From positions 124,001-188,000 of IMG/VR virus record IMGVR_UViG_3300019776_000324: a stretch of DNA of 64,000 bases. One strand, given 5' to 3'. Positions 56,886-64,000 of this stretch are shown here, piece after piece (positions within the stretch are counted from its first letter, which is position 1; each line of letters begins with the position of its first letter). The notes under the pieces were generated by a model that had not been told where the DNA came from, did not search any database, and was given only the letters and a program-made list of their open reading frames with translations. The translations under genes and the position numbers were made by a program.

Positions 56886-58415
56886 ATGATATTTGGATAC
56901 TTTACATTATTTGTGGCCTTGTTAATCGAGGTAGTTGGTGCTTACTATAGTATCACTGGACTTGCGGCGATCTTCTCTGGAGCAGTAGTTCCAATTTTGA
57001 TCATGGGCGGTAGCTTAGAGCTAGGCAAAGTCACAGCGGCAGTATGGTTAAAGAACAACTGGCATCGTGCTAGTGCTCAATTTAAACTATATCTATTGCC
57101 AGCAGTAGTAATGTTGATGTTTATTACAAGTATGGGTATCTTTGGATTCCTTTCAAAGGCACACAATGATCAAAACTTGGTAAGTGGTGATGTACAAAGC
57201 AAGATTGCCATTTACGATGAAAAAATTAAGATACAAAAAGACAACATTGAATCTGCTCGTCGTACATTACAACAAATGGATGCCGCAGTTGACCAAACCA
57301 TGGCTCGAAGCACCAACGAACAAGGTGCAGACAAAGCTACAGCAATTCGTCGCAGTCAGTCCAAAGAGCGTGGTAACTTACAAAAAGAAATTGCCACAGC
57401 ACAATCTGAAATTGTCAAGTTAAACGATCTTCGCGCTCCTATTGCCGCAGAAGTGCGCAAGGTAGAAGCAGAAGTTGGTCCTATTAAGTATATTGCTAAA
57501 ATGATCTACGGCGATAATCCTGATGCTAACATACTAGAAAAAGCAGTGGTATGGGTTATTATTATGATTGTTGCTGTATTTGATCCGTTGGCACTTGTAT
57601 TAATTTTAGCTGCACAACAAAGTATTCGTTGGGCCCGAGGTGAAGATGATCCAGACCCTACTCCACGCAAAACTTTGACCCGCGGTGAATATATAAAACA
57701 ACTTCGTGGGAAGTTTATCAAAAAACCTCAACAAGAATATGATCAGTCTGACAATCTTGAACCTGTAGTAAACGAAGTAGAAATTCCTGATGAATATTTC
57801 AATGAATCGGCTACTCAAGAAGATAAGAAATATAAGATACTATCTAGTCTAGACAGTATGTGGTCAAGCGCCAAGCGTTTGGTTAAAAAAGACACCGAAG
57901 CCGAACATGCTCCTATTGAAGAATTAATTATAGATGATCCTCTACCTGCCGACGAGCTTATAAGCATAGAAGAAAAAGAAGCTCGCCGTCGCTGGAAAGA
58001 AGCCAACCCAGAAGATACAATCAAACATCAAAAACGATTGTTAAGCATTGGTGCTATTTCAGACTTACCGTGGAATGATAAAAAATATTGGCCATCGTTG
58101 GGTCTCGAAGCTGACAATGCGCCGGATAGACTTGCTGGCGAAGTTAAAGGCTTTGGCACACAGTTCCCAGCAAAGCCATCTAAGAGTGATATGTTTTTGC
58201 GTGTGGATCAATTGCCAAGTAGATTATACAAATTTAACGGAAATCATTGGATTGAAGTAGACAAGACATTAAGTGATCAATATGCATACGACGAAGCATA
58301 CATCGATCACCTCATTGAAAAAATTAGTACTGGCGAATTTGATCTTGACTTGTTAAGCGAAGCTGAACGAGCTAGTATTGAACAACGCTTAAACGATACT
58401 CAAACAAAGGCATAA
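56886..58415 (+). CDS. Multi-pass membrane protein with coiled coil
   Basis: Three N-terminal TMs, coil, VFDPLA TM, acidic C-terminus; TAAATA 56873-78. Confidence 0.7.
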   Translation: MIFGYFTLFVALLIEVVGAYYSITGLAAIFSGAVVPILIMGGSLELGKVTAAVWLKNNWHRASAQFKLYLLPAVVMLMFITSMGIFGFLSKAHNDQNLVSGDVQSKIAIYDEKIKIQKDNIESARRTLQQMDAAVDQTMARSTNEQGADKATAIRRSQSKERGNLQKEIATAQSEIVKLNDLRAPIAAEVRKVEAEVGPIKYIAKMIYGDNPDANILEKAVVWVIIMIVAVFDPLALVLILAAQQSIRWARGEDDPDPTPRKTLTRGEYIKQLRGKFIKKPQQEYDQSDNLEPVVNEVEIPDEYFNESATQEDKKYKILSSLDSMWSSAKRLVKKDTEAEHAPIEELIIDDPLPADELISIEEKEARRRWKEANPEDTIKHQKRLLSIGAISDLPWNDKKYWPSLGLEADNAPDRLAGEVKGFGTQFPAKPSKSDMFLRVDQLPSRLYKFNGNHWIEVDKTLSDQYAYDEAYIDHLIEKISTGEFDLDLLSEAERASIEQRLNDTQTKA

Positions 58416-58416
58416 C

Positions 58417-59613
58417 ATGTCAGAAGCACTAACTCACTGTAGTTTTTGTGACAAGCATAGAAACCAGCTTGGCAAGTTGATTGTTAGCCACAAGGTTGCT
58501 ATCTGTAACGAATGCATTGATCTGTGTAGCAACCTGTTAAAAGACACAGCAAAAACAACAAACACTACTAAAAAATCTGTACCAGATCCTAGAGACATCA
58601 GAGATTATCTCGATGAGCGAGTGATAGGTCAAGACCGTGCTAAGATCATTTTGTCGGTGGCCATTGCTAATCACTATAAACGCATTAACAATTTAAACTC
58701 TGGGCACAACATTGACAAAGGCAATATTTTAATGATAGGGCCAACTGGCACAGGTAAAACATTGTTGGCTCGTAGTGTAGCAGAATACTTAGATGTGCCA
58801 TTTGTAGTAGCAGATGCAACCACATTAACTGAAGCTGGATATGTAGGAGACGATGTTGAAAGTTTAATTGCTAGATTGTACACAGCCGCTGATAACGATA
58901 TTGAACGCTGTCAGCGTGGTATTATATTCCTCGATGAAATAGATAAAATCAGTCGTAAAAGCGAAAGCTCAACAGTAAGCAAGGATGTGTCTGGTGAAGG
59001 AGTTCAACAGGCATTGCTTAAATTAATTGAAGGAACTAAGTGTAAGATTATACCACAAGGATCAAGAAAACAATCAACTAGTGATGGTATAGAAATTGAC
59101 ACCACTAATATACTGTTTGTGGCTGGCGGTGCTTTTGTTGGCCTGGAAAACATTGTTAAAAACAGAGTGCAAGGTACAAGTATAGGATTCAATGCTCAAG
59201 TTGGCGCTGAAAATGTTGATCTAGCAGAAGTAACTCCCGACGACTTGGTACGCTATGGATTGATTCCAGAATTTGTTGGTCGATTCAGCAGTTATGTAAG
59301 TTTACACAGTTTGACCAAGGAGCAACTGGTACAGATCTTAACTGAAGTTAAGAATAACTTTGTTGGTCAATACAAATGGTTGTTTGATCAAGACGGTGTA
59401 GAACTAGCATTTGATCCAGCTAGTTTAGAACTAATAGCAGATCGCACACTGCAAACCAAGACCGGTGCTCGTGGCCTACACACTGAATTAGAGCGTATAT
59501 TGATGCCTCATATGTTTGATTTACCTAGATACAAAAAGAACAACATTTTACAGTTGACAATCAATAAAACCCAGGTAAATACTCCTATGACACTATTGCA
59601 GGAAAATCAATGA
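58417..59613 (+). CDS. clpX: ATP-dependent Clp protease ATPase ClpX
   Basis: CSFC...CNEC zinc domain, [39 protein letters not shown]. Confidence 0.95.
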   Translation: MSEALTHCSFCDKHRNQLGKLIVSHKVAICNECIDLCSNLLKDTAKTTNTTKKSVPDPRDIRDYLDERVIGQDRAKIILSVAIANHYKRINNLNSGHNIDKGNILMIGPTGTGKTLLARSVAEYLDVPFVVADATTLTEAGYVGDDVESLIARLYTAADNDIERCQRGIIFLDEIDKISRKSESSTVSKDVSGEGVQQALLKLIEGTKCKIIPQGSRKQSTSDGIEIDTTNILFVAGGAFVGLENIVKNRVQGTSIGFNAQVGAENVDLAEVTPDDLVRYGLIPEFVGRFSSYVSLHSLTKEQLVQILTEVKNNFVGQYKWLFDQDGVELAFDPASLELIADRTLQTKTGARGLHTELERILMPHMFDLPRYKKNNILQLTINKTQVNTPMTLLQENQ

Positions 59614-59831
59614 AACATTACGGAAAAGTAGTTATCGTCAAGGACGGTAATGTAGAAAAAGCTCTCCGTAAATTCAAGAAAAAAGTCCAGGAATCTGGAT
59701 TACTTGATGACCTCCGTGCCCGCGAGACTTACGAAAAACCAACCACTGAGCGTAAGCGTAAAAAAGGCGCTGCCAAAGCCCGTTTAAGAAAACAAATCCG
59801 CGGTCAACAACTTCCAAAAAAACTTTACTAA
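59610..59831 (+). CDS. rpsU: 30S ribosomal protein bS21
   Basis: V.V....[10 protein letters not shown]....G...DLR.RE.YEKPT.ERKRKK.AA. Confidence 0.93.
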   Translation: MKHYGKVVIVKDGNVEKALRKFKKKVQESGLLDDLRARETYEKPTTERKRKKGAAKARLRKQIRGQQLPKKLY

Positions 59832-60071
59832 GTGTTTATAGAATTTAAAACACCAGCGGAAAATCCGCAGTTTCTTGCAGGCCACATTTTAAAGATGGTT
59901 GAAACAGAAATCAAGTCTTGGGCCGAAACAAACGAGATTCCTTATACCTGTAAATACTACAAGAATACTTTTAGAGTAGCATTCAACGACGACAAACACT
60001 ATATCGTTTTCCGTTTGACCTGGACAGATTTACCCTATACTGAACATAAAATAATTGACAGAACTTGGTAA
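59832..60071 (+). CDS. Hypothetical protein
   Basis: 79 aa, GTG start. Confidence 0.55.
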   Translation: MFIEFKTPAENPQFLAGHILKMVETEIKSWAETNEIPYTCKYYKNTFRVAFNDDKHYIVFRLTWTDLPYTEHKIIDRTW

Positions 60072-60147
60072 AACTGTTATAAATAAATTTGTAGATGCCA
60101 ATTGGGTCTACTTTATTACTTGCTTATTTTTAAGGAGAAATTACATG
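60055..60147 (+). promoter_or_regulatory. Overlapping early/late promoter followed by ROSE-like leader
   Basis: TTGACA-17-TATAAATA (60055-85); hairpin 60091-60111; ACTTGCTTA (60118-26) near AAGGAG (60132-37). Confidence 0.6.
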
Positions 60148-60212
60148 TCAAAGCATACCTATCTGACCTAGCGTCAACTCCCAAAAATTTAATCATCTTT
60201 ACAACATAACTG

Positions 60213-60241
60213 TTGACACGGCTACCTATCTGTGTTACAAT
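60213..60241 (+). promoter_or_regulatory. Sigma70-like promoter for groES-groEL
   Basis: TTGACA (60213-18), 17 nt, TACAAT (60236-41). Confidence 0.8.
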
Positions 60242-60283
60242 AGTATGTTGTGGTAACATCATTTATATTTTAAAGGAGTTATA

Positions 60284-62210
<1,927 letters not shown>

Positions 62211-62228
62211 TTAGTAGTTAATTTGTAA

Positions 62229-62301
62229 TAAATATTACTGTGGGTGCCGATGGTCGGGCCCACAGTATTATGTCACTTGCTTAATAAAGGAGAAAACAAT
62301 G
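62229..62301 (+). promoter_or_regulatory. Late promoter plus ROSE-like RNA thermometer of hsp20
   Basis: TAAATA 62229-34; stem TACTGTGGG/CCCACAGTA 62236-67; ACTTGCTTA 62275-83 near AAGGAG 62287-92. Confidence 0.7.
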
Positions 62302-62742
62302 ACAAGACTTACAACTCTGGACCTCAGTCCATTCTATCGCAACTCAATCGGTGTAGACAAATTATTTGATCGTTTGCTTGGTCAAATTGATGCTGGCGGA
62401 ACTACACAGAACTATCCACCATACAATATTGTAAAAACTGGCGACAACACCTACGAGATTCAAGTAGCTGTTGCTGGCTTTACGCAGGGTGAAGTTACTG
62501 TAAATGTTAACGAAGGTAATTTGATTATCACTGGTGAGAAATTATCTAAAGAATTGCCAGAAGGTCATGTGTATGAGCATCAGGGCATCAGCGCCCGTCG
62601 TTTTATGCACACATTTACCTTGGCTGACTATGTAGAAGTAACTAGCGCACTAAGCAAGGACGGTATTCTTACTGTCAAGCTAGAACGCCAAGTTCCTGAA
62701 GCAATGAAGCCTAAAACTATTGCGATATCATACGAATCGTAA
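62299..62742 (+). CDS. Small heat shock protein Hsp20 (IbpA-like)
   Basis: NYPPYNI, AVAGF, GIS.R.F...F.LA, DGIL. Confidence 0.95.
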   Translation: MTRLTTLDLSPFYRNSIGVDKLFDRLLGQIDAGGTTQNYPPYNIVKTGDNTYEIQVAVAGFTQGEVTVNVNEGNLIITGEKLSKELPEGHVYEHQGISARRFMHTFTLADYVEVTSALSKDGILTVKLERQVPEAMKPKTIAISYES

Positions 62743-62759
62743 TATAATATAGTAAATAC

Positions 62760-62784
62760 AGTGGAGGGCATACTGCTCTCCACT
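62760..62784 (+). other. 11-bp hairpin between hsp20 and clpS, directly after TAAATA (62753-58)
   Basis: AGTGGAGGGCA-TAC-TGCTCTCCACT. Confidence 0.65.
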
Positions 62785-62804
62785 ATAATAACAAAGGAAC
62801 TTGT

Positions 62805-63113
62805 ATGTCACAAGCTGGAACAGTTACAAAAATAGAAGTTAATCAAATTCTTAAAGAACCTCCAATGTTTAAGGTGATCTATCTTAACGATAATCAAACC
62901 AGTATGGAATTTGTAATTGAAACTCTATTAGACTTTTTTAATTATACTCCAGACACCGCAGTAAAAATTACCCAAGATATCCACGAACAAGGATCAGCAG
63001 TGGTAGCAGTATTGCCATATGAAGTTGCTGAACAAAAAGGCATCGAAGTAACAGTAAGTGCCCGCAGTCAAAATTATCCACTACAAGTTAAACTAGAGCC
63101 AGAATCGGCTTAA
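62805..63113 (+). CDS. clpS: Clp protease adaptor ClpS
   Basis: PPMFKVIYLND..T.MEFV, IH..G.AVV, E.AEQK, YPL. Confidence 0.92.
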   Translation: MSQAGTVTKIEVNQILKEPPMFKVIYLNDNQTSMEFVIETLLDFFNYTPDTAVKITQDIHEQGSAVVAVLPYEVAEQKGIEVTVSARSQNYPLQVKLEPESA

Positions 63114-63234
63114 CAGAACAGTCCGGTCAAGCCTATGGGGTAGGAATACCTTATGCTCACTTTGATATAGCTAGAATTTACTAGTGAACTCTCGGGACGC
63201 CGAGTGCTACGGGCATCATGAGGGCGATAAGCCT

Positions 63235-63999
63235 TCACCTAATTTCAATACGCTTGGGATAATACGCCAGTTGAGAATACTCAGTGTCCCCACGACCTCG
63301 GCAGTTGTTTGTAAATCTAACTCCTGCAAAGTCACGGTCAACACTTTTATGATAGTGCCCAAAGCACCAAGTTTTAATTTTGTTTTCAGTATCTTCATCC
63401 AGCACTGACAACAAATGTCGATTGCCCATGCAATTAAATCTCCAGGTATCAACTAGTTCTAAATCATGATCTATAATCCATGATGCTGGCAGAGTATGAG
63501 TTACAATTATTATTGAATGTACATCTGGATGTGTTTGTAATCTAGCAACACTATTAATTAAATATACAGCATCATGATAAGCCACACCATTTATATTATT
63601 TGCTGCGGATAGAGTAATGTCATTCCTTTGTTGATACCATTCGATGGTTTGCGCAACTTCGATATTTGGATCAAAATCATAACACCACCATCCATTTGTG
63701 GCCAAGATAGCAACGCCATTGACAATAACTACATTGTCTTGCATGTAAACAACATTTGGAATATTACTAACTTGCTGAACTAACTCTTGATAGCTTGCTC
63801 CAAGATCTTCTAAAGTATAACGATGCTCATCGTTGCCATCAATATAAAATACAGCGGCATAGCATTGTCCTAAATGAGTTAGTACATCAACAAGAACACT
63901 GCGGTCTCTACACACATCTCCGGCCACGACACAATATGGGCTGGTAGCTTGTCCAGTCCAGTCGAACTCATCCCAGGTTTCGATGTGTAGGTCAGAAAT
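63235..63999 (-). CDS. Calcineurin-like metallophosphoesterase, 5' end beyond the window
   Basis: Frame stays open to the window edge (ISDLH); AGD, GNDE, VTH, FGH.H, N.RG. Confidence 0.85.
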   Translation of the reverse strand: MSDLHIETWDEFDWTGQATSPYCVVAGDVCRDRSVLVDVLTHLGQCYAAVFYIDGNDEHRYTLEDLGASYQELVQQVSNIPNVVYMQDNVVIVNGVAILATNGWWCYDFDPNIEVAQTIEWYQQRNDITLSAANNINGVAYHDAVYLINSVARLQTHPDVHSIIIVTHTLPASWIIDHDLELVDTWRFNCMGNRHLLSVLDEDTENKIKTWCFGHYHKSVDRDFAGVRFTNNCRGRGDTEYSQLAYYPKRIEIR

Positions 64000-64000
64000 T

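Noticed and set aside
63181-63237. TGA read-through or selenocysteine at the end of the phosphoesterase, given the adjacent hairpin
   Set aside because: The domain is already complete, and read-through would add only about 17 unremarkable residues before a TAG.

Overview
A 64-kb, AT-rich, gene-dense, almost entirely plus-strand segment of a large lytic T4-related (myovirus-like) dsDNA phage. The IscU, GroEL, ClpX and bS21 sequences look proteobacterial, most like betaproteobacterial, so the host is inferred to be one. In order, the window holds: head/packaging genes (gp4-like tail end, putative internal head proteins, large terminase); gp32, UvsX and UvsY; a methyltransferase plus seven-glycosyltransferase island; an early-promoter island with an AAA+ ATPase; UvsW, a gp62-like clamp-loader subunit, a very small DnaE-like protein, primase and helicase; late virion genes; IscU/IscA, dCMP deaminase, exonuclease, a tail-fibre/depolymerase-like protein, class Ia RNR, PAAR; early lipoproteins and DNA ligase; and a proteostasis/translation block (ClpX, bS21, GroES/EL, Hsp20, ClpS). 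Two promoter classes are visible: sigma70-like GGTTGACC-N17-TATAAT and T4-late-like (TA)TAAATA. The best candidates for new biology are: (i) a set of proteins with T4 capsid-targeting-like N-termini, including a three-paralog/Ntn-hydrolase cassette, a modular polyprotein and a nucleotidyltransferase-ligase fusion; (ii) a 192-aa DnaE carrying all hallmark motifs, close to a stand-alone degenerate Hint-like protein; (iii) late promoters placed in hairpin loops, giving near-leaderless mRNAs; (iv) duplicated ROSE-like thermometers, one heading only an 8-codon ORF. All product calls come from motif recognition by eye; no database searches or folding programs were run. No tRNA, rRNA or CRISPR array was seen.
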